Shown piece after piece: positions 1 to 10,757 of a DNA stretch of 64,000 bases (positions within the stretch are counted from its first letter, which is position 1; each line of letters starts with the position of its first letter). Position numbers and translations under genes: made by a program. Source of the stretch: Escherichia coli (GTDB lineage Bacteria; Pseudomonadota; Gammaproteobacteria; Enterobacterales; Enterobacteriaceae). Where the stretch lies: NCBI RefSeq assembly GCF_030013595.1, contig NZ_CP122768.1. One strand, 5' to 3'. Under the pieces are notes generated by a model. The model saw only the letters and a list, made by a program, of their open reading frames with translations. It did not search any database and was not told the DNA's origin.

Positions 1-1507
1 GCCTTGATGGTGATCTTCTGCTCTTTACCGCTGTTTTTATCTTTCGCGGAAACGTGCAGGATACCGTCAGCATCGATATCGAAGGTAACTTCGATCTGCG
101 GCATACCGCGCGGTGCCGGGTTGATACCATCCAGGTTGAACTGACCCAGAGATTTGTTATCAGCCGCACGTTTACGTTCACCCTGCAGCACGTGGATGGT
201 TACCGCAGACTGGTTGTCTTCAGCGGTAGAGAACACCTGGCTGTGCTTGGTCGGGATAGTGGTGTTTTTCGCGATCAGCGTCGTCATCACACCGCCCATG
301 GTTTCGATACCCAGTGACAGCGGGGTAACGTCCAGCAGCAGTACGTCTTTTACGTCACCAGTCAGAACACCACCCTGAACAGCAGCACCGATTGCTACAG
401 CTTCGTCCGGGTTAACGTCTTTACGCGGCTCTTTACCAAAGAACTCAGCAACTTTCTTCTGAACCATTGGCATACGAGTCTGACCACCAACGAGGATAAC
501 GTCGTCGATATCAGATACGGACAGGCCAGCGTCCTGCAGTGCAACTTTCAGCGGCTCAATGGAACGGTTTACCAGATCTTCAACCAGGCTTTCCAGTTTC
601 GCACGAGTCACTTTGATGTTCATGTGTTTCGGACCGGTCGCGTCTGCAGTGATGTACGGCAGGTTAACGTCGGTCTGCTGAGCGGAAGACAGCTCGATTT
701 TCGCTTTTTCTGCCGCTTCTTTCAGGCGCTGCATTGCCAGCGGATCGTTGCGCAGGTCAATGCCCTGATCTTTCTTGAATTCTTCAACCAGGTAGTTGAT
801 CAGACGGCTGTCGAAGTCTTCACCACCCAGGTGGGTATCACCGTTGGTTGCCAGAACTTCGAAGGTTTTTTCGCCGTCAACTTCGTCGATTTCGATAATA
901 GAAATATCGAAAGTACCACCACCCAGGTCATAAACCGCGATAGTACGGTTGCCAGTACCTTTGTCCAGACCGTAAGCCAGCGCAGCTGCGGTCGGTTCGT
1001 TGATGATACGTTTTACTTCCAGACCAGCGATACGGCCTGCGTCTTTGGTTGCCTGACGCTGAGCATCGTTAAAGTATGCCGGTACGGTGATAACAGCTTC
1101 AGTTACCGGTTCACCCAGGTAATCTTCAGCGGTTTTCTTCATTTTTTTCAGCACTTCAGCAGAAATCTGCGGCGGTGCCATTTTCTGGCCTTTAACTTCG
1201 ACCCATGCGTCGCCGTTATCAGCAGCAATAATTTTGAACGGCATGATGGAAACATCACGCTGTACTTCTTCGTCCTGGAAGCGGCGGCCAATCAGGCGTT
1301 TAATCGCAAACAGGGTGTTTTGCGGGTTCGTCACTGCCTGACGTTTAGCCGGCTGACCAACCAGAGTTTCACCATCCTGGGTATAGGCAATGATAGAAGG
1401 CGTGGTGCGATCGCCTTCGGCGTTCTCCAGTACACGAGGAGTGGTGCCATCCATAATCGCTACACAAGAGTTGGTAGTACCCAGGTCGATACCAATTATT
1501 TTACCCA
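1..1507 (-). CDS. dnaK: Chaperone DnaK (Hsp70), N-terminal ~502 codons; 3-prime end outside window
   Basis: Minus-strand frame open to window edge; translation begins [23 protein letters not shown] and includes [23 protein letters not shown]; start codon complement at 1505-1507. The plus-strand 308-aa ORF 624-1550 is antisense to it. Confidence 0.95.
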
Positions 1508-1555
1508 TCTAAACGTCTCCACTATATATTCGGTCATCATGTGGTTGTGAGTCTG

Positions 1556-1662
1556 TAATAGGGGCGAAACGTCTGGTTTCAACTGCCCAATTTCATTTTT
1601 TTGCAGACTCACTCACTGCGGTTGACTACTAAATGGGGTCGTAACCCACGTCATCAAGGGGG
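1556..1662 (-). promoter_or_regulatory. Two sigma-32 heat-shock promoters upstream of dnaK
   Basis: On the minus strand: CCCCCTTGATGA (comp. 1651-1662) with CCCCATTT (comp. 1631-1638), and TTGAAA (comp. 1577-1582) with CCCCTATT (comp. 1556-1563, 13-nt spacer); both fit the sigma-32 consensus. Confidence 0.6.
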
Positions 1663-1883
1663 AGATGCAAAAATTTTTTGTGCTTTTGCGCAGAAATTTC
1701 GCGATATGCCAGAACAAGACACGAAACTGACAGCAATTTTATTCATATAAAGAATGAATGACAGCCAAGACATTCATAGAAAAATTGTAATAAAAAGAAA
1801 ATATTACGTACCTGAATCTTCTCTTTATCAGCAGTAAACTAGTGGGTATTCATCCCCTACCTCTCCCCACTAAGAGAATCCTT

Positions 1884-2288
1884 ATGAAATCCGTTTTTAC
1901 GCTTTCCGCCAGCCTGGCGATTAGCCTGCTGCTGTGCTGCACGGCGCAGGCAAACAACCATAAAATCCTCGGCGTCATTGCGATGCCGCGTAACGAAACC
2001 AACGATCTGGCGCTGAAACTTCCTGTTTGTCGCATTGTTAAACGTATTCAACTCACTGCCGACCATGGCGATTTACAGTTAAGCGGTGCATCGGTTTATT
2101 TCAAAGCCGCCCGTAGCGCCAGTCAGAGCCTGAATATTCCTTCAGAAATAAAAGAAGGGCAAACCACTGACTGGATCAACATTAACAGCGATAACGACAA
2201 TAAACGCTGCGTCTCAAAAATCACCTTTTCCGGCCATACGGTGAACTCATCGGATATGGCCACGCTGAAAATTATCGGCGACGACTAA
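1884..2288 (+). CDS. yaaI: Secreted protein YaaI (DUF2541)
   Basis: ATG at 1884 ([23 protein letters not shown], signal-peptide-like); 134 codons; position next to dnaK. Confidence 0.85.
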   Translation: MKSVFTLSASLAISLLLCCTAQANNHKILGVIAMPRNETNDLALKLPVCRIVKRIQLTADHGDLQLSGASVYFKAARSASQSLNIPSEIKEGQTTDWININSDNDNKRCVSKITFSGHTVNSSDMATLKIIGDD

Positions 2289-2313
2289 CGCCAGAATATA
2301 GAAGCCACAAAAA

Positions 2314-3027
2314 ATGAATGTTAATTACCTGAATGATTCAGATTTGGATTTTCTCCAGCATTGTAGTGAGGAACAATTGGCAAATTTCGCCCGGCTGCTC
2401 ACTCATAATGAAAAAGGCAAAACTCGCCTCTCCAGCGTACTGATGCGCAACGAACTGTTTAAATCGATGGAAGGACATCCCGAGCAACACCGCCGAAACT
2501 GGCAGCTGATTGCCGGAGAATTACAACATTTTGGTGGCGATAGTATCGCCAACAAATTGCGCGGACACGGTAAATTGTATCGGGCCATTTTGCTCGATGT
2601 TTCAAAACGATTGAAGCTGAAAGCCGACAAAGAGATGTCTACGTTTGAAATTGAGCAACAGTTACTGGAACAATTTCTGCGTAATACCTGGAAGAAAATG
2701 GACGAGGAACATAAGCAGGAGTTTCTGCACGCGGTCGATGCCAGGGTGAATGAGCTGGAAGAGCTGCTGCCGCTGCTGATGAAAGACAAATTATTGGCAA
2801 AAGGCGTGTCGCATTTGCTTTCCAGCCAATTGACCCGCATTTTGCGCACCCACGCAGCAATGAGCGTACTTGGGCATGGTTTGCTGCGCGGCGCGGGGCT
2901 GGGAGGCCCTGTAGGCGCGGCACTAAATGGGGTTAAAGCGGTCAGCGGCAGCGCCTATCGAGTGACGATTCCAGCCGTACTGCAAATCGCCTGCCTGCGC
3001 CGGATGGTTAGTGCCACTCAGGTCTGA
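2314..3027 (+). CDS. yaaW: YaaW family protein
   Basis: 237-aa ORF; synteny between yaaI and satP. Confidence 0.8.
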   Translation: MNVNYLNDSDLDFLQHCSEEQLANFARLLTHNEKGKTRLSSVLMRNELFKSMEGHPEQHRRNWQLIAGELQHFGGDSIANKLRGHGKLYRAILLDVSKRLKLKADKEMSTFEIEQQLLEQFLRNTWKKMDEEHKQEFLHAVDARVNELEELLPLLMKDKLLAKGVSHLLSSQLTRILRTHAAMSVLGHGLLRGAGLGGPVGAALNGVKAVSGSAYRVTIPAVLQIACLRRMVSATQV

Positions 3028-3175
3028 TACCGGAAACCGGGGAAAATTTTCATTTTCCCTTCAAAAGATCGTAGACACTGCCCCACTGGCTGATTATTAT
3101 GCCGCGCCCTGAAAACACTACAGTTATTCAGGGAAATTATTTCACCATTCATTCGATGATGATTTTTGAGGAATT

Positions 3176-3742
3176 ATGGGCAACACTAAGTTGGCTAATC
3201 CGGCACCGCTGGGCCTGATGGGCTTCGGCATGACCACCATTCTGCTTAACCTGCACAACGTGGGTTATTTCGCTCTGGACGGTATTATTCTTGCCATGGG
3301 CATTTTCTACGGCGGCATCGCGCAAATTTTTGCTGGTCTGCTGGAGTACAAAAAAGGCAACACTTTCGGTTTAACCGCATTCACCTCTTACGGTTCTTTC
3401 TGGCTGACGCTGGTTGCGATTCTGCTGATGCCGAAACTGGGTCTGACCGATGCGCCAAATGCACAGTTCCTTGGTGTCTACCTGGGTCTGTGGGGCGTAT
3501 TTACGCTGTTTATGTTCTTCGGCACGCTGAAAGGCGCACGCGTTCTGCAATTCGTTTTCTTTAGCCTGACCGTGCTGTTTGCCCTGCTGGCGATCGGTAA
3601 CATTGTCGGTAATGCCGCGATCATCCACTTTGCCGGCTGGATTGGTCTGATCTGCGGTGCCAGCGCAATCTATCTGGCGATGGGTGAAGTACTGAACGAG
3701 CAGTTTGGTCGCACCGTTCTGCCGATTGGTGAATCGCACTAA
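3176..3742 (+). CDS. satP: Succinate/acetate:H+ symporter SatP (YaaH)
   Basis: 188-aa polytopic membrane ORF; RBS GAGGAA upstream; synteny. Confidence 0.9.
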   Translation: MGNTKLANPAPLGLMGFGMTTILLNLHNVGYFALDGIILAMGIFYGGIAQIFAGLLEYKKGNTFGLTAFTSYGSFWLTLVAILLMPKLGLTDAPNAQFLGVYLGLWGVFTLFMFFGTLKGARVLQFVFFSLTVLFALLAIGNIVGNAAIIHFAGWIGLICGASAIYLAMGEVLNEQFGRTVLPIGESH

Positions 3743-3752
3743 TTGTTTTGAG

Positions 3753-3779
3753 ATCCCCCCGCTCGGGGGGATTTTTTTA
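3753..3779. terminator. Bidirectional intrinsic terminator between satP and mog
   Basis: CCCCCC-GCTC-GGGGGG hairpin (3755-3770) followed by T7 run. Confidence 0.5.
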
Positions 3780-4364
3780 TTCGCTAACTTCGCGTCTTGC
3801 ACTCTTCGGTCTGAATGCAGCAACCACTTCCGGTGCCGTTTCAACGTATGGCCCTTCCAGCAACTGAATGCAGTACGGTACGCTGGCAAAAATACCGTGC
3901 ACCATAACGTTACCCTCAGCGTCCTTTACACCTTCCAGCGTCTCTTTAATAGACTTCGGCTGACCGGGTAAGTTAAGGATCAGCGCCTGTTTGCGAATCA
4001 CACCCACCTGACGCGAAAGGATCGCAGTTGGTACAAAATGCAGGCTGATCTGGCGCATCTGTTCACCAAAGCCAGGCATCTCGCGGTCCGCTACTGCCAG
4101 CGTCGCATCGGGCGTTACGTCACGACGCGCCGGGCCAGTTCCGCCCGTGGTGAGCACCAGATGGCAACTCATTTCATCCACCAGCTCACACAACGTTTGC
4201 TCGATGATCGCCTGCTCATCGGGGATTAAGCGGGTTTCCAGTTCAAACGGCGTGGTTAGCGCCGATGTCAGCCATTCTTCCAGCGCAGGGATGCCTTTAT
4301 CCTGATAAACGCCGCTGGATGCGCGATCAGAGATGGAAACTAAGCCAATACGTAAAGTATTCAT
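3777..4364 (-). CDS. mog: Molybdopterin adenylyltransferase Mog
   Basis: Translation MNTLRIGLVSISDRASSGVYQDKGIPALEEWL; 195 aa from second Met of the track ORF. Confidence 0.9.
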   Translation of the reverse strand: MNTLRIGLVSISDRASSGVYQDKGIPALEEWLTSALTTPFELETRLIPDEQAIIEQTLCELVDEMSCHLVLTTGGTGPARRDVTPDATLAVADREMPGFGEQMRQISLHFVPTAILSRQVGVIRKQALILNLPGQPKSIKETLEGVKDAEGNVMVHGIFASVPYCIQLLEGPYVETAPEVVAAFRPKSARREVSE

Positions 4365-4478
4365 CAAGATTTTTCCGTTTAAACAGTCTCGTTAAACAGA
4401 ATGATACACTGCGAAGGGAGTGACAGACAGGCTTCAGAAGAGGTAGCGTGACCGACTTCCCGGTCACGCTAAGAATGA

Positions 4479-5432
4479 TTACAGCAGATCGCCGATCATT
4501 TTTTCCAGTTTTTCTTGGTCAACAGCAAACTTACGGATACCTTCCGCCAGTTTATCTACTGCCATTGGATCCTGGTTGTGCTGCCACAGGAACTCGGACT
4601 CAGTGATACGCGCCGGACGCGCTTTCACTTCGCCGGTGTAAGACAGTTTACGTTCGATAGCCCCTTCGCTCTCAGCCAGCTCTTTCAGCAGTGCCGGTGC
4701 GATGGTCAGACGGTCGCAACCTGCCAGTTCCAGAATTTCGCCGATGTTACGGAAGCTTGCGCCCATAACCACGGTTTCATAACCGTGCTCTTTGTAGTAC
4801 TGGTAGATTTCAGATACAGAAACCACGCCCGGATCTTCTGCCGGAGCGTACTCTTTCTTGTCGGTATTCGCTTTGTACCAGTCAAGAATACGGCCAACAA
4901 ACGGCGAGATCAGGAACACGCCCGCTTCCGCACAAGCACGAGCCTGAGCGAAGGAGAACAGCAGTGTCAGGTTACAGTTAATACCTTCTTTTTCCAGCTG
5001 TTCTGCAGCACGGATACCCTGCCAGGTAGAAGCCAGTTTGATCAGAATACGATCGTTGCTAATCCCTGCATCGTTGTAGAGTTTGATCAGGCGTTTTGCT
5101 TTCGCAATTGACGCTTCGGTGTCATAGGAAAGACGCGCATCAACTTCAGTTGAGATACGGCCCGGAACCAGTTTCAGGATTTCCAGACCAATATTTACTG
5201 CCAGTTTGTCGGTCGCGTCCACGATCTGCTGCGCGCGATCGTTGCTCTGCTGTTTCGCCCAGGCGACAGCATCATCAATCAACTTACGGTATTCCGGAAT
5301 CTGCGCTGCGTTAAGAATGAGAGAAGGGTTGGTTGTGGCATCCTGCGGTTGATACAGCTTCATTGCCGCGATGTCCCCAGTGTCGGCCACTACGGTGGTG
5401 TACTGACGAAGGGAGGTCAATTTGTCCGTCAT
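4479..5432 (-). CDS. talB: Transaldolase B
   Basis: Translation [40 protein letters not shown]; 317 aa from internal Met of the 338-aa track ORF. Confidence 0.95.
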
Positions 5433-5710
5433 GATAGTATTTCTCTTTAAACAGCTTGTTAGGGGGATGTAACCGGTCTGCCCTGATGATATCACGACGC
5501 AACGTCAGCGCAACCGCCGACAAGACGGTTATCGCCAGGCGAGACTGTTTCGGATTTCTGACACTGCGTTGATATCGCCCGCCATTTTTATACAAAACCT
5601 CATGTATGCTACGCAGAAGTTATCAAGTACCTCGTAGCGTATATACTTCTTAAACAATTGGTAACGTTTACACAGGAAAGTCATCGCGACCGGCAATAAG
5701 AGGGATATGC

Positions 5711-7141
5711 ATGCCAGATTTTTTCTCCTTTATTAACAGCGTCCTTTGGGGATCGGTAATGATTTACCTGCTCTTCGGCGCAGGTTGTTGGTTCACTTTT
5801 CGCACCGGATTTGTGCAGTTTCGCTACATCCGCCAGTTTGGCAAAAGTCTTAAAAATAGCATTCATCCACAGCCAGGCGGTTTAACCTCATTTCAATCAT
5901 TGTGTACCAGTCTTGCGGCGCGCGTGGGTAGCGGCAACCTGGCTGGCGTTGCGCTGGCTATTACCGCCGGTGGACCAGGTGCCGTCTTCTGGATGTGGGT
6001 TGCCGCGTTTATCGGCATGGCGACCTCGTTTGCCGAATGTTCCCTTGCACAACTTTATAAAGAACGTGACGTTAATGGGCAGTTTCGTGGCGGACCGGCA
6101 TGGTATATGGCGCGCGGGCTGGGGATGCGCTGGATGGGCGTTCTGTTCGCCCTCTTTTTGCTCATCGCCTACGGCATAATTTTCAGCGGAGTTCAGGCGA
6201 ACGCCGTTGCCCGAGCCCTGAGTTTTTCTTTTGATTTTCCCCCGCTGGTGACAGGCATTATTCTTGCTGTCTTTGCTCTGCTGGCAATCACTCGCGGTCT
6301 TCATGGCGTCGCCCGGCTCATGCAAGGGTTTGTCCCGTTGATGGCGATAATCTGGGTACTGACCAGCCTGGTAATTTGCGTAATGAATATCGGGCAACTT
6401 CCCCACGTCATTTGGTCTATTTTTGAGAGTGCTTTTGGCTGGCAGGAAGCGGCAGGCGGCGCGGCGGGATATACCTTAAGCCAGGCGATTACTAACGGTT
6501 TTCAGCGCAGTATGTTTTCCAATGAGGCGGGAATGGGGTCGACGCCAAACGCGGCAGCGGCGGCTGCGTCCTGGCCTCCGCATCCCGCAGCGCAAGGAAT
6601 TGTCCAGATGATTGGCATTTTTATCGACACCCTGGTCATCTGTACGGCAAGCGCCATGCTGATATTACTGGCGGGTAACGGCACAACCTACATGCCGCTG
6701 GAAGGTATTCAGCTTATCCAGAAGGCGATGCGGGTGTTAATGGGTTCCTGGGGTGCGGAGTTTGTTACCCTCGTGGTTATTCTGTTTGCCTTCAGCTCCA
6801 TCGTTGCCAATTACATTTATGCCGAAAACAATCTCTTCTTCTTACGCCTGAACAACCCTAAAGCGATCTGGTGTCTGCGAATCTGCACCTTCGCAACGGT
6901 CATCGGCGGCACCTTGCTAAGTCTTCCGCTGATGTGGCAACTGGCAGATATCATTATGGCCTGCATGGCTATTACCAATTTGACCGCCATATTACTGCTC
7001 TCGCCTGTGGTTCATACCATTGCCAGTGATTATCTACGCCAGCGTAAACTCGGCGTGCGCCCGGTGTTTGATCCGTTGCGTTATCCGGATATCGGTCGCC
7101 AGCTTTCTCCGGACGCGTGGGATGATGTTTCGCAGGAGTAA
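5711..7141 (+). CDS. yaaJ: Na+/alanine symporter family transporter YaaJ
   Basis: 476-aa polytopic membrane ORF; synteny. Confidence 0.9.
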   Translation: MPDFFSFINSVLWGSVMIYLLFGAGCWFTFRTGFVQFRYIRQFGKSLKNSIHPQPGGLTSFQSLCTSLAARVGSGNLAGVALAITAGGPGAVFWMWVAAFIGMATSFAECSLAQLYKERDVNGQFRGGPAWYMARGLGMRWMGVLFALFLLIAYGIIFSGVQANAVARALSFSFDFPPLVTGIILAVFALLAITRGLHGVARLMQGFVPLMAIIWVLTSLVICVMNIGQLPHVIWSIFESAFGWQEAAGGAAGYTLSQAITNGFQRSMFSNEAGMGSTPNAAAAAASWPPHPAAQGIVQMIGIFIDTLVICTASAMLILLAGNGTTYMPLEGIQLIQKAMRVLMGSWGAEFVTLVVILFAFSSIVANYIYAENNLFFLRLNNPKAIWCLRICTFATVIGGTLLSLPLMWQLADIIMACMAITNLTAILLLSPVVHTIASDYLRQRKLGVRPVFDPLRYPDIGRQLSPDAWDDVSQE

Positions 7142-7210
7142 TCACAACTATCGATCAACTCATTCTCTTTTTTTGCTAAAGTCGGCATAAATTTCCTGCA
7201 AGGACTGGAT

Positions 7211-7987
7211 ATGCTGATTCTTATTTCACCTGCGAAAACGCTCGATTACCAAAGCCCGTTGCCCACCACGCGCTATACGCTGCCGGAGCTGTTAGACAAT
7301 TCCCAGCAGTTGATCCATGAAGCGCGGAAACTGACGCCTCCGCAGATTAGCACGCTGATGCGCATCAGCGACAAACTGGCGGGTATCAACGCCGCTCGCT
7401 TTCATGACTGGCAGCCAGATTTCACGCCGGAGAATGCCCGCCAGGCGATTCTGGCGTTTAAAGGTGATGTCTACACCGGCTTGCAGGCCGAAACCTTCAG
7501 CGAAGACGATTTCGATTTTGCCCAACAGCATTTGCGAATGCTTTCCGGCTTGTATGGCGTACTGCGCCCGCTCGATTTAATGCAGCCTTATCGTCTGGAA
7601 ATGGGGATCCGTCTTGAGAATGCCCGAGGGAAAGATCTGTATCAATTCTGGGGAGATATCATCACCAACAAGCTGAACGAGGCGCTCGCAGCACAAGGCG
7701 ATAATGTGGTGATTAATCTGGCGTCAGATGAGTATTTTAAATCGGTGAAGCCGAAGAAATTGAATGCCGAGATTATCAAGCCGGTGTTCCTCGATGAGAA
7801 GAACGGCAAATTTAAGATCATCAGCTTCTACGCTAAGAAAGCACGCGGTCTGATGAGTCGTTTCATTATTGAAAATCGGCTGACCAAACCAGAGCAACTG
7901 ACTGGTTTTAATAGCGAAGGTTACTTCTTTGATGAAGCTTCCTCCAGCAATGGTGAACTGGTGTTTAAACGCTACGAGCAGCGTTAA
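7211..7987 (+). CDS. yaaA: Peroxide stress protein YaaA (UPF0246)
   Basis: 258-aa ORF; synteny. Confidence 0.9.
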   Translation: MLILISPAKTLDYQSPLPTTRYTLPELLDNSQQLIHEARKLTPPQISTLMRISDKLAGINAARFHDWQPDFTPENARQAILAFKGDVYTGLQAETFSEDDFDFAQQHLRMLSGLYGVLRPLDLMQPYRLEMGIRLENARGKDLYQFWGDIITNKLNEALAAQGDNVVINLASDEYFKSVKPKKLNAEIIKPVFLDEKNGKFKIISFYAKKARGLMSRFIIENRLTKPEQLTGFNSEGYFFDEASSSNGELVFKRYEQR

Positions 7988-8026
7988 GTTTGTAGTCAAT
8001 GCCGGATGGCAATCCGGCATTGATAT

Positions 8027-8323
8027 TTAGCGATGATGTTTGTCAGGCCCCGGACGATGATCGCCACGATGATCATTGTGCTTGTTATGGCGCGGCGATG
8101 GCGGCGGTCCATATGGGTGCCAGCGATTGCCTCGCCATTCATAATGTTGTTTCCACCAGCCGTGGTCGCGCCAGTGACCGCCATCCCAGTAATAGCCACG
8201 ATTATCACGATCGCCTATCTGTAATTTTACTGACGGGACTAACGTAATTTCCGCAGCCTGCGCTGCCATGGGAGCGACCAGAACCAGGGAAAGTGCGAGT
8301 ACGATAGATTGCATCTTTTTCAC
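8027..8323 (-). CDS. yaaX: Secreted His/Trp/Arg-rich small protein YaaX
   Basis: 98-aa ORF with signal peptide [23 protein letters not shown]; overlapping ORFs in other frames are artefacts of the biased composition. Confidence 0.8.
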   Translation of the reverse strand: MKKMQSIVLALSLVLVAPMAAQAAEITLVPSVKLQIGDRDNRGYYWDGGHWRDHGWWKQHYEWRGNRWHPYGPPPSPRHNKHNDHRGDHRPGPDKHHR

Positions 8324-8536
8324 AGGTTACTCCTTTTATCATTGCCCGTTATGGGTCGATATCCGGAGATTACGCGATGAGAACGGCGGTTGTTATTCTC
8401 CGCAATCCTAATCTCTAAGTTACCGCATTTATTGAGAATTTCTCCTTTTTCCCTGTCGTTTCTCTCCATATTTTCTTCACAAAAAAGCCGGGCTGCATAA
8501 AAGCAAACTCGGCCTGATTGAGATAATGAATAGATA

Positions 8537-9823
8537 TTACTGATGATTCATCATCAATTTACGCAACGCAGCAAAATCGGCGGGCAGATTATGCGAAAGC
8601 AAGGGTAAATCGGCACGTTCTGCCAGCTCTTTTGGCAGATCCAACGTTTCACCGAGAATCGCTTCCACGCTCTCTTTAAATTTCGCCGGATGCGCGGTGC
8701 CGAGGAACAAGCCATATTCGCCTGGATTCAACTGGTCACGCAGCGCACGATAAGCTACGGCAGCGTGCGGCTCCGAGGTGTAGCCCAGTTCTTTTAACTC
8801 ACGCATTGTCTGTTGCGTGGTTTCATCATCCACGGCTGCATAACCCAGCTCTTTCAGTTGCCAGATTTTGCGGCGGAACAACTCTTCCACACGCGGCCAG
8901 TTGTTCGGCTGACTCACGTCCATCGCGTTGGATAACGTCGCCTGAGTCGCTTTGGGGGACCACTGACCGTCGTGCAGGAAACGTGGCACGGTATCGTTCA
9001 CGTTGGTCGCAGCAATAAAACGTTTCACCGGCAGACCGAGTGACTTCGCCAGCAGACCCGCCGTCAAATCGCCGAAGTTACCGCTCGGCACCGAGACAAC
9101 CAGCTGGTTGCGCGCTTCCTGCGGCAACTGCGCCACGGCTTCAAAGTAGTAGCAAATCTGCGCCAGCAAACGGCTGATGTTAATGGAGTTAGCAGAGTTT
9201 AACCCCAGCGCCACTTTCAGTTCTTCATCATCAAACGCCTGCTTCACCAGCGCCTGACAGGCATCGAAATCGCCGTCGATGGCAACAGTTTCAATATTGC
9301 CGCCCAATGTACAGAACAGTTTTTCTTGCAGTGGACTGATTTTGCCTCGTGGATAGAGGATAACCACTTTCACATTCGGCAAACCGTAGAAAGCATGAGC
9401 CACTGCCGCTCCGGTATCACCGGAGGTCGCGGTCAGAATGGTCACTGGCTTATCGCCCGCAATATGGGTCAGCATTTGTGCCATAAAGCGACCGCCGAAA
9501 TCTTTAAATGCCAGCGTTGGCCCGTGGAACAACTCCAGACAACCGACATCGCTTTCAACATTGGCGACCGGAGCCGGGAAGGCAAACGCCGCGCGTACGC
9601 GCTCTTCCAGGATTTCCTGCGGGATTTCATCACCAATAAACGCCGAGAGGATCTTCGCACTGCGGGTGACAAAATCCAGCTTCAGCATCTCATCAATTTC
9701 AGTCAGGCTGAATTCCGGCAGGTCGTGCGGGAAAAACAGCCCCTGATTTTTGCCCAACCCCTGGGTTACGGCTTGCGCAAAGCTGACCTGCTCATTGTGA
9801 TCTTTAAGATTGTAGAGTTTCAT
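8537..9823 (-). CDS. thrC: Threonine synthase
   Basis: 428-aa ORF MKLYNLKDHNEQVSFAQAVTQGLGKNQGLFFP; thrABC operon order. Confidence 0.95.
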   Translation of the reverse strand: MKLYNLKDHNEQVSFAQAVTQGLGKNQGLFFPHDLPEFSLTEIDEMLKLDFVTRSAKILSAFIGDEIPQEILEERVRAAFAFPAPVANVESDVGCLELFHGPTLAFKDFGGRFMAQMLTHIAGDKPVTILTATSGDTGAAVAHAFYGLPNVKVVILYPRGKISPLQEKLFCTLGGNIETVAIDGDFDACQALVKQAFDDEELKVALGLNSANSINISRLLAQICYYFEAVAQLPQEARNQLVVSVPSGNFGDLTAGLLAKSLGLPVKRFIAATNVNDTVPRFLHDGQWSPKATQATLSNAMDVSQPNNWPRVEELFRRKIWQLKELGYAAVDDETTQQTMRELKELGYTSEPHAAVAYRALRDQLNPGEYGLFLGTAHPAKFKESVEAILGETLDLPKELAERADLPLLSHNLPADFAALRKLMMNHQ

Positions 9824-10756
9824 TTAGTTTTCCAGTACTCGTGCGCCCGCCGTATCCAGCCGGCAAATATGAACAAAACCTTCCTGATTTTGCAGGTAGT
9901 TCTTACCCAACCAGTCGGCAACGCGCTGGGCGGTATCCGGCTTGTCACACAGAGCGAACAAAGTCGGGCCGGAGCCGGAGATACCGCTCGCTACCGCGCC
10001 GATTTCCGCGACCGCCTGCCGCGCCTGCCGGAAGCCTGGCAGTAACCGTTCACGGTAGGGTTCAGCGATAACATCTTTCATCAGCTTCGCGGCAAGCTCA
10101 GGCTGACGGGAATAGCAGGCGTGAATAAAGCCTGCCAGATGTCGCCCGTGCGCAATGCAATCCTGGCGGCGATACTGCGCCGGTAAAATAGCCCTGGCTT
10201 CTGCCGTCGAGACTTTAATCCCCGGATACGCCAGCACCCACAGCCACTCATCAAACCCTGGCACTTGCTGGCTGATGATGTCGTTTTCTTCGATCATCAA
10301 CTGCATACCACCAAGAAAACACGGTGCCACGTTGTCGTAATGAATGCTGCCGGAGATACGCCCTTCCAGCTCGCCCATCAAAGCCAGCAAACGGGTGCCA
10401 TTAAGCGGCTTGCCGCAGTGTTCATTCATCGCCATCAGCGCCGCGACCACTGAGCAGGCGCTGGAGCCTAAGCCCGAGCCGATCGGCATATTCTTTTCCA
10501 GGGTCATCGCCACTGGAATTTGCTTACCCAGCTCCTGGCAAAAACGCTCCCAACACTGATAAACGATATTTTCCCGAGGTTCTGACGGCAGCTTATCGGC
10601 AAAGCGTCCGAGGTTATTGAGACTGAATGTCTCTGCCGCCTCAACCGTGACTACATCTCCGAGCAATGCACCATCAACGGGTGTCACCGCCGCCCCGAGC
10701 ACATCAAACCCGACGCTCATATTGGCACTGGAAGCCGGGGCATAAACTTTAACCAT
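9824..10756 (-). CDS. thrB: Homoserine kinase
   Basis: 310-aa [29 protein letters not shown]; abuts thrC. Confidence 0.95.
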   Translation of the reverse strand: MVKVYAPASSANMSVGFDVLGAAVTPVDGALLGDVVTVEAAETFSLNNLGRFADKLPSEPRENIVYQCWERFCQELGKQIPVAMTLEKNMPIGSGLGSSACSVVAALMAMNEHCGKPLNGTRLLALMGELEGRISGSIHYDNVAPCFLGGMQLMIEENDIISQQVPGFDEWLWVLAYPGIKVSTAEARAILPAQYRRQDCIAHGRHLAGFIHACYSRQPELAAKLMKDVIAEPYRERLLPGFRQARQAVAEIGAVASGISGSGPTLFALCDKPDTAQRVADWLGKNYLQNQEGFVHICRLDTAGARVLEN

Positions 10757-10757
10757 G

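Noticed and set aside
624-1550. 308-aa plus-strand ORF
   Set aside because: Fully antisense to dnaK, whose frame has an unmistakable Hsp70 translation; artefact of a long conserved gene.
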